Shown: positions 25,790-39,351, counted from the stretch's first letter. The stretch is 64,000 bases of DNA from Eledone cirrhosa (GCA_964016885.1 CAXHJY010001304.1:35397-99396), one strand, 5' to 3'. Notes: generated by a model from the sequence alone, not told the origin. Made by a program: numbers and translations.

Positions 25790-27540
25790 GGGTGTGCACA
25801 TGCGTGTGTGTTTGTGTGAGATTAATATTTGCTTTTATACACATATATGTAAAGATATGTGTATGTATTTTGATATCATTAATAATCATTATAAAAAAAA
25901 TAACATATGTGAACTTTGTTCCAATCTAGACCTCTCCCAATCACTTCTACTATCACACAAACTACATATCTTGTTTGCACTCTTAGAGACACAAATCACC
26001 CACCCCTTATCTCTGCTGTCCAGGCTACAATCCATATTCCAACTTTTACTCTAAAAGGTTGTGTATTCATGTACGTAGAATCCATTCCCCTACCAATGCC
26101 CTCTCTTACTTTGATTTCAGAAACAAAAATCAGTTACACTGGTTCAAAATATTTTTTCTCGTTCCTCTACATGTATCTGCTGTCTCTATTACTTTAAAAA
26201 TACTTCTAGCTACCAGTAACTGTTCAGTTATCTCTTATCTCTCATTAAGGATATCTATCGCACACCACTCTTCCTCCTTAAATTTATTGTCTTTGGTGAC
26301 TTGAATTCCTCTTGGCTCTTGCACTCTTCCATACCAGCTCTTCTAGACAGAAGTTGAATCATTTGACATTCAGTGTAACAGTTAGGATCATCACTTACTC
26401 ATATTTCTAGCTTAAATACAGACTATATTTCATCTCCAAACTCAGCCTTTACCTGTTTCTGCACCCTATTAGATCCTCCAACCACTGTTGAATGAAGCCT
26501 ATCCCCAACTAATTCACATACTCTACAACACTCTCACATCTGGTTGATGCCAGTTTTACACTGGCAATTAATATGCTTCACTTTTGATGCTTACCTGTTT
26601 CGCGTCTATCCAGAGAACATAGCAAAACTCACACTTTCCTTTGCATCAGTCATCACAGAACATCCACACTCTTCTGCAGAACATGGACCGGAGAGAGACC
26701 CAGCCTGCACTTCTGATGAGATGTCCACTTTTTAACCACCTCTGGGTCACTAAGGTCATTGTGCAGACTGTGTCCACAAGGGCTCTTGACAGCTTCTCCC
26801 CATCCAGAATCTCTACTATGGGCAGTGACTGCAAACCACCAGCACAGAAACTCCCCTGTGACCATTTTCCTGGTTGCAATTGTTGGTGATGTAGCCTGCT
26901 CACATCGGTAGCAAATTATTTCAGGCTTCAGCTCTTTGTAGTCCCTTACCATGTGCGGACCCTGGTGCCTAAAGCACTGGCCTTTAAATACCTACAGCCA
27001 AGCATTCATGGGGCTCTTCTCCCCTCATTGTTCGTTGATTGTTGTTGACCTCTATAGGCTTCTGTCGCTGCTAACACCACAGCATTATGCTCAACACCTC
27101 GTGCTAGCATGCGGGCCTGTGTAATCAGCTCGATCATGGACATTTTGTTGTTGCCTCACTAAAATTTCATCAGGCAAACATTCACAAACGTCATCTGCAA
27201 GGCCCTTTCTAGGTTTTTTCCTGTAAATTCAGCTAGTGTAGCCTCCCTCTGGATTTCCATCGAGAACAGGTTTACCTCACTTTTACTAGTTTGGCGAAAG
27301 CAGCAAACAATCCCTCAGTAAATGCCTCCTTGAGGTGCTGCTCAATGTTCTCTGCATTCAGTTGGTCTGTCTGGTCCATTTCAAGGTATAATGCCAGTGT
27401 GTTACCCTCAATATACAGCATCATGAGGCCTGCCACATTTTCAATCCCATTTGCACCAACCAATTTCATCTTCCTAATCCAGGCAATAATGTCTTCCTTG
27501 TCACTGAAGGCTTTAATTGTGTCATTACCAATTCTTATCT
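24750..27540 (-). mobile_element. Second decayed Ty3/Gypsy remnant (gag, zinc knuckle, protease, probable RNase H)
   Basis: gag-like LYIEGNTLALYLEM...EQHLKEAF (27272-27469); IICYRC knuckle remnant; aspartic-protease-like RALVDTVCTMTLV (26646-26903). The 24750-25300 part is weak. Confidence 0.6.
25347..25567. mobile_element. piggyBac-type MITE (family A), inverted relative to 23268-23485
   Basis: Same 14-bp TIRs and TTAA TSD; the internal sequence is the reverse complement of the first copy. Confidence 0.9.
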
Positions 27541-27574
27541 TTTATAAAAAATTAAGATTAAGTGGGAATTGGCA

Positions 27575-27720
27575 GAGTCATGAGAATGTTGCATAAAATG
27601 TTTGTGGTATTTGTTCCAGTTCTCTGTGCTCTGAGTTAAAATCCCACTGAGGCGAACTTTGCCATTTATCCTTTTTTTGGTTGATAAATAAAATACCAGT
27701 CTAGTATTGGAGACTAATTT
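27575..27720 (+). mobile_element. SINE copy
   Basis: tggcagagtc...gagttaaaatcccactgagg...ctttgccatttatcc...gataaataaaataccag. Confidence 0.7.
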
Positions 27721-28024
27721 TCTGCTATATCTTTCTTTGACTCCTCTATCACACTCTCTTCTACTCTGGAAGAAATTGGCAGTGTTCAAAACTGAAAAGG
27801 GATAGGCTCTGCCAGGTTTAGCAAATGCTTAAGAAAAGTTGTATGTCCCTAAGACACCCTAAAACTCCACCAGGAGTTACAGGTCCATACAAATATTGAG
27901 ATTAAATAAAGTACTGCAAAATGTAATAAGTTTGGAGCTTCAAGAGAATGAATAGATACTGGTTTTATTAAGTTCATTGTTACTGAAATTTTTACTGGAA
28001 TTTGATTTTCTACCAAATAAAAGT

Positions 28025-28245
28025 TATTGATTTCTAATTTGGGCACAAGTCCAGCAAATTTTAGAGGAAGGCAAAGTTGATTAAATCAACCCCAGTACTT
28101 GACTAGAACTCTATTTTTTCAACTAGAAAAGGATGAAAGGTTAAGTTAGCTTCAACAAGATTTGAACTCAGAATGTAAAAAAACAGAATAAATACTACAA
28201 TGGTATTTTATCTGATATGCTACCAATACTGCTAATCCACTTACT
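28025..28245 (-). mobile_element. SINE copy
   Basis: gggcacaagtcc...ggatgaaagg...gatttgaactcag...ctgctaatcc. Confidence 0.75.
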
Positions 28246-28819
28246 CTTCAACCAAACAAAAAGAAGACAGTATACATTATATGTAGGATGTAAAATCTAT
28301 CTACAAATGACTGTGGGCTCTCACTGAGAGAAAAGCTTTAACTAAGTTGATAAATATTTGAGAGAGATCTTAATTTGTCATGCACAATTTCTTAGATTTG
28401 ACACAATTGTAATTGTTATAGTTTAACCCCAATAAGGAACATCCTGCTCAACAGACATTTTGAAAATTTTACCAATTAGATTTTTCACTTAGAAACAATA
28501 TTATTATAATATATATTTAAACAAAATAAAAACAAAACTATGGCTATAAACCTTTCCATTCTTAAGTTTAATGTTATGTTCAATTTAGTTTAGCCCTGTA
28601 TAATGCTACACATCCATTTTTCACATTGGCATGGGATGGATGTGTTGTCATCATCCAAGACTAGATGGGCTTGAGCGACCTCGTATTGCTCATATGTTCC
28701 ATATTTAGCATGGTTTCTATGGTTGGATGGTTTTCCTAATGCCGACCACATTACAGAGTACACTGGGTGTGCTTTTTCATGTTGCCACATACATACGTAC
28801 ACACACATACATACACATG

Positions 28820-28823
<4 letters not shown>

Positions 28824-28903
<80 letters not shown>
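28824..28903. repeat. (CA)n microsatellite, about 40 units
   Basis: Direct reading. Confidence 0.97.
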
Positions 28904-28905
<2 letters not shown>

Positions 28906-29476
28906 GGATAAGCATCCAGATGTTCAATAAACTGAATGACTTGTTCATTGAATTAACATGCAAAATGGCTGCAACACCAGAGTGTGTGAACCACTAGAGG
29001 GATTTGAGGTTATAGGTTTTCATGGTCTGAAGGGATGGTTTTTGCCACCTGCTTAACTGTTTCAGATAGATCAAATGTGAAGCATATAAACTGCCAGTGT
29101 GGGTTAAGGCAACATGTGTATCCTTAACATAATTTTCAAGTAGAATCAATATGACACAGTGTGACAAGACTGAACCTTTGAATTACAGATATAGTCCATC
29201 CAATGGGTTTCCACACAGTTGCTGGCAACTCAATTTCACTCACAAAGCTTGAGTCAACCCAAGGCTATAGTAAAAGACATTTATTTGAAATGTCGTGGAG
29301 TGGGACCAAACCCAAGATTTCATGATTATGAAGCTATTTGCTTAATCATTCAGCTATCCTACACTTGTCTGTCTATCTATCTAGTTTACATGATTTTATG
29401 TAAAACCCCAGCATCATATCCTGTAATGTCCCATTTCTTGTGTGCCCTTATCGCAAATAAAGAAACATATCTATAT

Positions 29477-30500
29477 ATCATCATCATCATCATCATCATC
29501 GTTTAACGTCCACCTTCCACACTTGCATGGGTTTGGACGGGAGTTTTCCCACTTGAGGCAAGAGTGGTTGTCTTGCTCGCATAGGACTGTCTGGTGGGTT
29601 TTCTACAGCTGGATGCCCTTCCTAACACCAACCACATTTACAGTGTGGGACTGGGAGGTTTTTACCGTGTTACCTACACGGCCACATTACAGCGTGGACT
29701 GTGTGTTTTTTTTTGTCGTGACACCTACACAACCTCTTTTGTTTCAGCCTGGATGTTGTTGCACCAACATAACTTTACATTGAAAGGGGCGGTGTGGATG
29801 GGGTGGGGGTGGTGGAACGGGGGTGTATTTTGTTAGAGGTGCCTACTGACTGTAGTAGGTTTTACTTTGTATTTAGGTAAGGCGGGTCTTCTCTATTACT
29901 GAGTACCGCCAAAGATCTCGGTCCAGTGACATTGTCTTGGAGAGGTGTGTGTGAGGTCGGAATTTATCAAGTCGTCCCAGGTTTTTCTGGGTCTGCCTAC
30001 TCTGTGGCAACCGTCTACCTTTATTGCCCTGCACTTTTTTATACAGCTGTCGTCTTTCATGCGCATCACGTGACCATACCAACATAGCCTTCTCTCGAGT
30101 ACACAACATCTGATCCCTCTTATTTCTAATTTTTCTGATATGTCCTTCTATCTATCTATCTGTCTGTTTCTTTGGCTGTCTATCTATCTATATATCTATC
30201 TATCTATTTATCTATCTATCTATGTATCGGTCAGTGTGTGTATGTAAATATACATACAAGTGAGTTTCCATACAGACTGATTTACCCCCATTTGCATAAA
30301 TCCAAGAAAAAGAGACAGTAAAAAGCAATTGAAATTTAATCCTTTGAATAGTGATACAATATTCAAAAACATCCCACAAGTAGTAGAACATACTGACTGC
30401 TTCCAGGAACCTTTGCTTCATTTGATATATCTCCAATTTTCATTCTCTATTAGTTTGCCAGAGATTCCAATGCAGTATTAAGTGGCTACTGTTTGGACAC
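29477..30500 (-). mobile_element. RTE-clade LINE fragment related to 5194-6236, interrupted by (TCTA)n
   Basis: (CAT)n tail plus gtttaacgtccacc; DRDLWRYSVIEKTR; LEAVSMFYYLWD (degenerate FCYLGD). Confidence 0.75.
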
Positions 30501-30539
30501 AGAATTGTTTCATGAACAAGAACATTTTTCAGTTGCTAG

Positions 30540-30995
30540 AAATAATAGTGAAAATTATTGTGTACAGAGCTCAGGTGCACTACAACTAATTAAAAGGGTA
30601 TGTATAGTACATAGCATAATGTACAAATATCAGGAAAGTGAACAGTGTATGAGTCATGATATACCCACAGATACATGTGTATGTGTGTATGGAGTGGGAA
30701 TATCAGGTGTAGTGTTGGCGAATTTCAGGAAACATGGAAGTTTTAAAGAATGCGGTGTCCCAACAGCTAAAAACTGATGTAGGTAGTTAGTTCCATGCTT
30801 CATCAATTCTGAGTGTGAAAAAATGTTTCCAAAAATCATGGAAGCTGTGCTGTTTTCTGACTTTTTAGGCATGCCCACAGGTGTTGGACATTGGGAATTC
30901 AAAAAGGTGCTCAGGGTTGTTGTTGGCAAGATGATCAATAATGTTGTGGGTGTTTACCAAGTCAGTTCCAGTCGTTGAAGCTTTAATGTATCAAG
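30540..30995 (-). mobile_element. CR1-like LINE 3' fragment
   Basis: Homologous by eye to 34975-35420 (tgtgtacag.gctcaggtgcactacaac...). Confidence 0.75.
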
Positions 30996-32089
30996 TACTT
31001 GCAACTTATTAATATTTCAGTCACCACCATGTTATTTATCCTTTACTGCTTTGCTGCAGTTCTTCAACAAATTTTGCTACTAGTCATCAACCAAATTATT
31101 TCAATTTCAAATGTATTTTCTCTTTAGAACTTTTTTTGTAGATTTTTCCATACTGACTTTGATGTTTTACTTTTAACTGTTGTTTATTATTGGCTTTATT
31201 GATCTTCTTAATCAGTTATCTCTATATAAAGTAACACATTTTCTTAGATATTATGAACAAATTACTAATGGAATAATTTAGATAGAATTTATAAAATAAT
31301 TATATGGCTTTTTTTATTTATATTGTTTTTCATTAATTTTCAGTTATTATAGGTGAAATGAGTCTTTTCAAATTTGCACATTTGCCTATTATTGGGACAA
31401 TTGTTTTGTACAGCCAGCTGTTCTCACCAATAGCTACTTTGTGAATTAGAAATAGGAAATGTAATCATCCACAACTATCGTATTACAAAAAATCAGATTT
31501 AACTTGCAACATGTTCGAAAAAGGGACATAATTAACAAATACCAAGATTTATTTCCCTTATATAAGGTGGTTCTCTAAAGATTAGCGTGAAGATTCATTG
31601 GAAGATAGAACGACAGCTAAATATTAAATTGATTGCGTTCGTACTAAGCTCTGTATGCAACCACAATGCTTATTTTTTCAATGGCCTTGCTTACCAAGCT
31701 GTAATGTGGACAGCTAGCTCATCATTGTACACATGAAGAATATCGTATAACTGATATAAGTTTAGTAATACTTTTCATAAATTGGTATAAACACAACCTA
31801 TAAAATAAATATGATTTACAAAAGAAACAAATCAACACAAAACGCGGTTTCTTATTGTTTTTCTATGACTAATTTTTATTGATTTTTTTTTTCGTAAATC
31901 ATATTTAATATATAAACTTATTATACAAAGCATATAAATAAATTTACAATAGAATAACATAACAAATATGTTTTAAATATATACATAAATAACATTACAA
32001 ATTCTTAGATAATATAAATTGCTCGCGATTCTTTCAGAAGGATATATTCTTTTAATGTTGCAATATTAAAGAAAATGTAAAGGAAGGGG

Positions 32090-33272
32090 TGAACAACCGA
32101 GCCAACACCAGAGCAAAAGACAGCAGCGTCGCGAAGAGTACCGGGCAACCTCTCTAATGATTTTTGAGGCAAGTCAGCACACTTGCAGCGTTGCCTCAGG
32201 TGATGGCGAGGCTAATGCGCTGGAACAACCAAGCGCCCTCGTGAGATTCGCCAGTTACCTCTATTAGGCGAGCCGCCAGTGAAGAGAGGAACCTCGTAGT
32301 CAGCTGCCCGACTCCCCCAAACGTCTCGAAAGCCACAGGCTGAAAAATGTAGCTGGCCGACAGATCACAGTATTTGAGAGTCTTACTCCAGTCGGCTGCG
32401 GAAGCTGTGGCTCTCATCCTAACCGCAGCATCCAGGATGTGGGAAGAAGCAAATGAGTCACTAACAGTAACGTCCCAGACAAGGCACCTGCCTCTCAACC
32501 AGGGGTATAGGGTAAGGCCGTCACTTCTGGACAACCCAGATGATTCTAAGATTGAGGGGATGTTCGCCCGGGCCAAAGCTCTCTTGAGAATGAGGTTTAG
32601 CTCCGTGTGATGCGCGAAGCGGCAAGAAAGACCGTGGAGGCCTGCGGAGTCGAGGAGTTTGCCGCATCGGCACCTCAAACCCATGCAGACATCAGCTCCC
32701 ACTCTGAGGGCGATGGAGACACGCAGTTTGTCCAGGCTGAGTAGGCCACCAATGTTGGCCACGGGTAGGGCATCAACCGAGTCGCCTATGTATTTGGCGT
32801 TAGCAAATAGTAAGTGGCACCTTGCAAACTGATCCGACTGGACAAAGAGGGTGTCGATGGTGGCCTTCGAACTTATGCTGTCCCAAGTTCTCTGACTTCG
32901 ACTGTCCTCCACGGTCTTAGGAAGAGACAAGCCCAACTCACTCCATTGTTGGAGAGCTTCACCCAACTCTCTGTTGGAACTAGTCCATGTTGGAGAGGAG
33001 AGGATGCTGCTCACCAGGGTGGAGGAAAGGAAGCAAGGGAGAGAGAGGGACGAAGACCAAGACCCCCAAATCGCTTGGGCAATGCAGCCTGATCACGGGA
33101 CTCTGGAGAGAGTCTAGCATTGACCAGGCACTCAAATCTCTTGAAGATTAGGTCATCGAAGTGTTGGAGGCAGGACGGAAATCTGTGAGTGGGGTTGACC
33201 CTGAACAGATACAGAAGCTTAGGAATGGACAGGTAGTTCCTGAGTATGAAGAAACCTTGATGAGGTTCGTGC
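32090..33272 (-). mobile_element. 5'-truncated CRE-clade non-LTR retrotransposon (RT C-terminus + CCHC + RLE)
   Basis: IPKLLYL, QAALPKRFGGLGLR, CRCGKLLDSAGLHGLSC, DGLTLYPW..GRCLVWDVTV, FQPVAFETFG, LFQRISLAI. Confidence 0.85.
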
Positions 33273-33492
33273 TTATACCAATAAATGTAAAGAACAATAA
33301 TTCTATTATAAATTAGAGCTGGATGCAAATCCTTCTTTGGGTCTGCTGCATACAACAGGAAAACTCTCCATTATACTTGATATTCTGAAATCAGTAGGGT
33401 TGTCTGGAATTCTATCTATTTACATCATCTTCAGCAATTTCTAGAAATTGATAGAAAAATAACGAGGGAGACATTGATTTTTTTTCTTTCCC

Positions 33493-33708
33493 TTAACCAT
33501 CTTCACACCAAATCACCTGAAATTGCCCCTGGTTCCATGATAACATAACTATTTATTTTAAAGTGTTTATATTTATCTAAAAACCTTCCATCAAAATTTT
33601 ATGTAAGAACCTTTGTTAAGTGGTGTTCCAAACCCCACTTAATTTTCAAAGTTATTTGGAAATCATAGGCAGTGTTTTAATATTAGAAATATAGCGATGA
33701 AAAGGTTA
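33493..33708 (+). mobile_element. piggyBac-type MITE (family B-like)
   Basis: TTAAccatcttcac...gatgaaaaggTTAA; internal similarity to 22530-22770. Confidence 0.55.
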
Positions 33709-34974
33709 AAGCAAACAACACAGTAAATATGCAAACAGAAAGCTAGTTGAGCTGATCAACATATTTTAATACAATAAATAAGGTTGGGAGAGTAAGAATT
33801 TTTGTATTTATACATGTACCTATATATATCATCATCATTACATATATGCTTTTTTTCAATGACATAGGCTTATACATTTGTACAGAGCATAGTCCATTGA
33901 ATTGATTCCACTGCTTCTCTTGTACTAATTTTATTGACTCTTGAGAGAAGAAAAGTAAATGTTGACCCTGGCAATACCGAGAATAATGACGCTAAATAGT
34001 ACAAGGCATTTAGTATGGTAGTTTATAATTACCTCCATTCTACAACTTTTACATTTAATAAATAAAGGATAAATTGTACTTGGTAGAGTGTGGACCGTAT
34101 GTCAAGGCCCTCAGTTCAACAGAGCATCGATAGAAAACATTAACGTATGTAAAGGGGATGTGGGTTCTTGGCCTACTTGGAGGCCAATGGCTTTACTTGA
34201 GTACTGAGCAGTCAGTCATGATATGTTCAATCCTACCTTGCATGGAAAATGGGCGTTAAACAATGTTTGTGTAAAATTAGGTTGGTAGCCTACAAAAATA
34301 TAAGTTTTAAAATTCTTATTACAGTTTGTGAATTAGAGCTTTTCTGATAGCTAGTGGTAATACATTTCCTATTTTGAGACCATAGTGTTCTACATCTCAT
34401 TCCCATGATTATTCTCACATTACTGAAACAGGGAGCAATAAAGTGTGGAATCAAGTTGATACTTTTGTTGATCAGGGAAAAATAGTTTATTTCACTTTTA
34501 TTGGTAACCAATGTGGAGGGTATACTTCTATTATAGGGAATCTTAATAACAGGACTGTTAAAGTAGTTTTGAAGTTTTTGAATCTTCAGAAGATTGAATG
34601 TTGTTTAGAATATATCAAGAAAGAAGGGATATTAAGATTGTCAATTTTTAAATTCCATTAGAATTGAGAACTTTAGTGTGACCAATACTATGGCATTTCT
34701 TTATTTTTTTATGTTATGTAGAGAAATGTGGGAGTAACTAACCAGATGATTGTTTTCTCAGTTAAAAGACATTTATCTCTGGAATAACATAATTAGAAGG
34801 AAAATCATGGGAAAGGCTAACTCAAATGGCATTTTTCTTTTAAGTAAATGTGAGCATAACTTAGTAATCACAAAATACACCATTCTAACAAGCTAACAGA
34901 TAGAAGTGTTTCTAGTAGCATCTATATTCAAAGCACCGGCATATAACTGACTATGGTCATTGTACAGACCCACA

Positions 34975-35622
34975 ATTATAATAATAATAATAATGAAATA
35001 TTGTGTACAGTGCTCAGGTGCACTACAACTCATTAAAAAGTGTATGTATAGTACATAGGGTAATGTACAAACGTCAGGAAAATGAACAGTGCATGAGTCA
35101 TGATATACACGTGTGCATGTGTATAGAAGGGGTACATCAGGTGTAGTTTTGGCGTATTTCGGGAAGCATGAGTGTCTTAAAGGATGCAGTGTCTCGGCAG
35201 CTAACAACTGATGCAGGCAGTTTGTTCCATGCTTCAGCAACTCTGAGCGTGAAAAAATGTTTACGAAAGTCATGGGAGCTGTGCTGTTTTCTGATTTTGT
35301 AGGCATGTCCACGTGTGTTAGACACATGGAGATCAAAAAGGTGCTCAGGGTTGTTGTTGGCGAGATGGTTAATAACTTTGTGGGTGTTTACAAGTCCATT
35401 GCCAGACGTCGGAGCTTCAATGAATCCATGCCCAGGGAAGCAAGGCATTCAGAGTATGGTAGGTGTCTGATGGAGGGTATGCGCTTGGTTGCACGTCTCT
35501 GAACAGTTTCCAGGAGGTCAATGTTCTGAGCAAGATAGGGGTTCCAGACTGATGATGCGAATTCCAAGTGTGGTCGTACCATAGCTGTATACAGCTTTAG
35601 ATAGATGGCTGGAGAGTGGCTA
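34975..35622 (-). mobile_element. CR1-clade LINE 3' fragment with (ATT)n tail
   Basis: LYTAMVRPHLEFASSVWNP, LETVQRRATK, TRGHAYKI, RKHFFTLRVAEAWNKLP. Confidence 0.9.
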
Positions 35623-36030
35623 TGAGGATATGCATTACAAGAATTGAAAAATGCTGGACAGATCATCACCTCATATGATCTAACATGACAATTCAACTCT
35701 TTCTAAAGTGATGTTGGCAGCAGAAACGATGCCAATGGAATATCAACAGATACAAACACATCCATTGTAGAACAATTAGTGGCAAGCCAAAGCACATGAA
35801 ATGTAGAAACTAGCTGACCTGCATGACAAGAGGTTTCTTGAGTGATAGCTAAAGCAATCTATGGCCCTAGTAAAATGGGTTTAACACCCTCTGCTCTAAA
35901 GATGGTAGGTATTAACCTTATAAAGGAGCAAGTACCAGTCAATAACCAATGAAAAAACATTTTGATGACTTGCTTAATCTTGACAATACAACCAATTAAA
36001 AGGATCTCCAGACATTATCGTACAAAGGCT
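35623..36030 (+). mobile_element. Decayed RTE/BovB-like ORF fragment
   Basis: Remnants WTDH, KAIYGP, KDG, KHFDDLLN across frameshifts. Confidence 0.55.
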
Positions 36031-37259
36031 AAAGATAGTTTGTTAGTTAAATCAAATATCTTTAATTGAAATAAAAAAAACAACAAAAACGTTATCATTT
36101 TTTGTTATTTTATTTGTTCTATATCAACAAGTTACTTTTAGCTATTGACATATTTCTTCCTGCTATATGTATAGCATTTTCTTTCATTCTGAAAAAAAAA
36201 CCGAGTATAAAATACACTTTTTACACAAAAGGAAAAATAATAATCTACTTTCAAAGGTGCTTTACTATTTGATTGATACTCTAATTGCCTCAATGACCAC
36301 AAAAAATATATTTTTAGCAATGTTGCAAATTCTTGTTTATTTCATCTTTGATTACATTTATTCACCTCATTTCTGATTATCTAACCAGCTTAATCTTTTC
36401 TATTTGTTACAACACAAGAAATTGGTATATCTTTGCAGGGCTTCAAAGTCTTTCATTTAAAATATTTCAACAACTAAATATCTAAATGTTTCTATATCTA
36501 GTATAACTAAATTGAGCTGAAATATAGAAAAATCTACCTGAAAAAAAAAAAAAATCACTTTAAAGCTTTACAAAATTATGATATTTCTTCATTTTTCTCT
36601 GTAAGTCTCTTTGAATTATATAGACCACAGGCCAAACTCGAAATCACGAAACGCGCCCCCCTACCCTATTTTTCCATTTTTCAATATACTACTGATTTTG
36701 ATATCAGTCGATTACTAAAAATTGATTAACAATATTCCAAAGATACCATTGCAGGCAGCTGAGAGTATAAATACATTCCTTGAAAGGAAATATATAAATT
36801 TCAAAAAAAGGAACATAAATGTTCTTTTTTATGAATAAGGACCAGTTGAATTTGTTATATTCCCACCAGGCAATACCAGCTATTTTGAACATTTATACAA
36901 GAGCAATTCTGTCTATCCAAAGAGTGCTCTTATCTGGAAGAAAGTGGCAATTATATCATTTCAAAGCTTTCCAATTTTCCCTTTAATGAAACGGATAGAA
37001 TAAATGTTGATATCTAACTTGATGTCCCCTCCGCTTTGTGAGCTTAGAGACCATGGAAGAGAGTTTTCATGACCACATAAGAGGGTATATTTATTAGTAA
37101 GTGGTAAAATATATACAACAAATGAGTAAGTGAATTGTGGTAGCTGGTTTCCAGTCCAGTCAGATTGCAACTACAAGTAAAAAAATTGTTAGTTTGCTTT
37201 GTAACAATAGCATATCCAAGTTTTCGGATAAATCAACTTACTTTAACTTTGGCCTCATT

Positions 37260-37620
37260 TCAGTGGAACTCTTGAGCATCATGGAGTCTAGCTAACTCTT
37301 TGACGTGAGGCTGAATTTTCGTAAGATGTAGCCAGAGATCTCCACGTGTAATTACATTGTAGTGGTTGCGAAACTTACTGTGCAGTCTGGAAACAGCACC
37401 AAACCTCCTCTCAACTAAGTATGAGCTTGGAAAAGGCAGAGCAAATCTCTTAGCCTCTGCATGTAGGAGTGGAAATCGACGCTGAATTTCCTCATGCATC
37501 CCCCCAAAAAAGGGGCTCACCTATTTTTGGAAATCTAATTTTGATCATGTCATCTGCTTGAAGTTCAATGAATTCTTCCTGAAATTTAATGTCCAAATCG
37601 TCGACGGTAGCTATGAACAG
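37260..37620 (-). pseudogene. hAT transposase C-terminal dimerisation-domain remnant (SCAND3/ZBED8-like)
   Basis: FPLLHAEAKRFALPFPSSYLVERRFGAV...SKFRN...RGDLWLHLTKIQP. Confidence 0.8.
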
Positions 37621-37704
37621 CAAATACAGATAGATTTTCTCTCTTCAGAAGAGTGACGAAACCCTTATGTTGGCTGACCATTGCTCTTGCCTCGTTCGTA
37701 ACAC

Positions 37705-38065
37705 ATGATACAATGTGTATTGTATGTGGTCCTAGATGTATGTATTACCTGCCTGTGTGTTGTATGTAGTCCTAGATGTATGTATTACCTACTTATGTAT
37801 TGCATGTGGTCCCAGCTGTATGTATTACCTGCTTGTGTGTTATATGTGGTCCTAGATGTGTGTATTACCTTCTTATGTGTTGTATGTGGTCCTAGATGTA
37901 TATATTACCTGATTATGTGTTGTATGTGGTCCTAGATGTGTGTATTATCTGATTATGTGTTGTATGTGGTCCTAGATGTGTGTGCTACCTGATTATGTGT
38001 TGTATGTGGTCCTAGATGTGTGTATTACCTGCTTATGTGATCCTAGATGTGTGTGCTACCCGCTT
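37705..38065. repeat. 40-bp minisatellite, about 9 units
   Basis: Unit ATGTGGTCCTAGATGTGTGTATTACCTGATTATGTGTTGT, starting at 37724, 37764, 37804 and so on to 38004. Confidence 0.95.
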
Positions 38066-39351
38066 CTGTGTTTTTTCTTTTCTTTTTTTTTATTTGTAAT
38101 ATTATTTATACAATAGGGAATAAAATAGATCTACATAGTGTTAACTCGTTACGGTTGAGTCAATAATTTCAGAAATGAAATATATTATTATCGGTGAAGG
38201 AAAGATAAGATTCTAACTGGCTGCGCTCAAAGTGTCCTTGACCCAGTTGACTGTGGGTTTTTCCATTTTTAGGATCTCAATTGCCGGTTAATGTCTAGAC
38301 ACTCCTGCGGTCAGACCATAGTTATGCTGTCTGCATGCTCATTCAAATGCATTCACACTGGCTGTCTCAGAGATATACAAATATGGTTTATAAAACTTAC
38401 CAAAGTAAAGAGCCTTCCAGTGCCTCCCCAAAGCTCCAAAACGCCCCCCGGGGGTGCATATGCCCCCCCCCCCATTGAGAATCTTTGATATAGACTATGA
38501 TTGGTGATAGTCTTTGCATATTTTCAAACTGTACTTTAAAGGAAAATTTACTGTCAACCTTGTGTTTGTCCTGTCAAAAGTCAGATTCACCATTATCAAA
38601 TGCAAAAATCTGCTTTAAATTTCCATTTTATATAATTTGTTTACTTGTATTTTTGATTTTGGATTGAGAATAATTTTGAGGAAATTGCAACCAGAATTAT
38701 AGTTTGTTTAAATTTATTTAACCAATTTGTTAGTTTAGATTTTAAACATGCAAAAATCCTCAAATTAGTGAATGGTGGACAGAATAATTGAATACATAAG
38801 TAGGATTCATTTCAAGGGAAGGAAAAAAGTATTGAACTGGTAATGAAAATTTGATTAGATATCTATAATATTCACCCATATAGGGACTACAAAGGTCATG
38901 GGAACTACAACTTATGCTTTGTCTATTAAAAAGGATATCATATTTATATAAGGACTTGTAATTAAATCACAATATGAAGATATGTTTAGTAATTAGGTTA
39001 TAAAGCAAAAAGCACTGAGAAGATGTAACCGGTCTCTTTCTTCTATAGTTGTAATATACGCGAATTAGGGGAGATAGTTTGTGATAAAAGAGTTTGCTAA
39101 CAGAAAGCTTTAATATTTTTTCTTATAATTAATGAAATAAATATGCATTTTTTATTACTTAAAAAAACAAAACAAAAATTATAATAACCAAAATAACTAT
39201 CTAAATATCTCCTTTTGAGATTTTTCAACAGAGGAAAACGCACATATATGCGTTTCGTAAACCTGGAACCACTACGCCCTCTAATAAGAAAGATATAGTA
39301 TTAAGGGCAGAGCACTGACATCAGCCTGCGTTGGAGCAGTGCTACTGCAAA

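Larger units (their letters stand above)
36626..38487 (-). mobile_element. Non-autonomous hAT (Buster/Charlie-type) transposon with 8-bp TSD ATATAGAC
   Basis: ATATAGAC at 36618-36625 and 38488-38495 (nnnTAnnn pattern); CA...TG termini; internal transposase remnant. Confidence 0.8.

Noticed and set aside
36704-37170. Short ORFs inside the hAT element as a captured gene
   Set aside because: No recognisable motif, and the frames are short.
37644-37703. CAGAAGAG-TGAC-GAAAC-CCTTAT-GTT hammerhead-like string
   Set aside because: The core is mismatched (CAGA rather than CUGA) and stems I and III are not supported; it may be an LTR or Penelope scrap.
37705-38065. Regularly spaced repeat resembling a CRISPR array
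   Set aside because: It is a contiguous 40-bp tandem unit with no unique spacers, there are no cas genes, and the context is eukaryotic.
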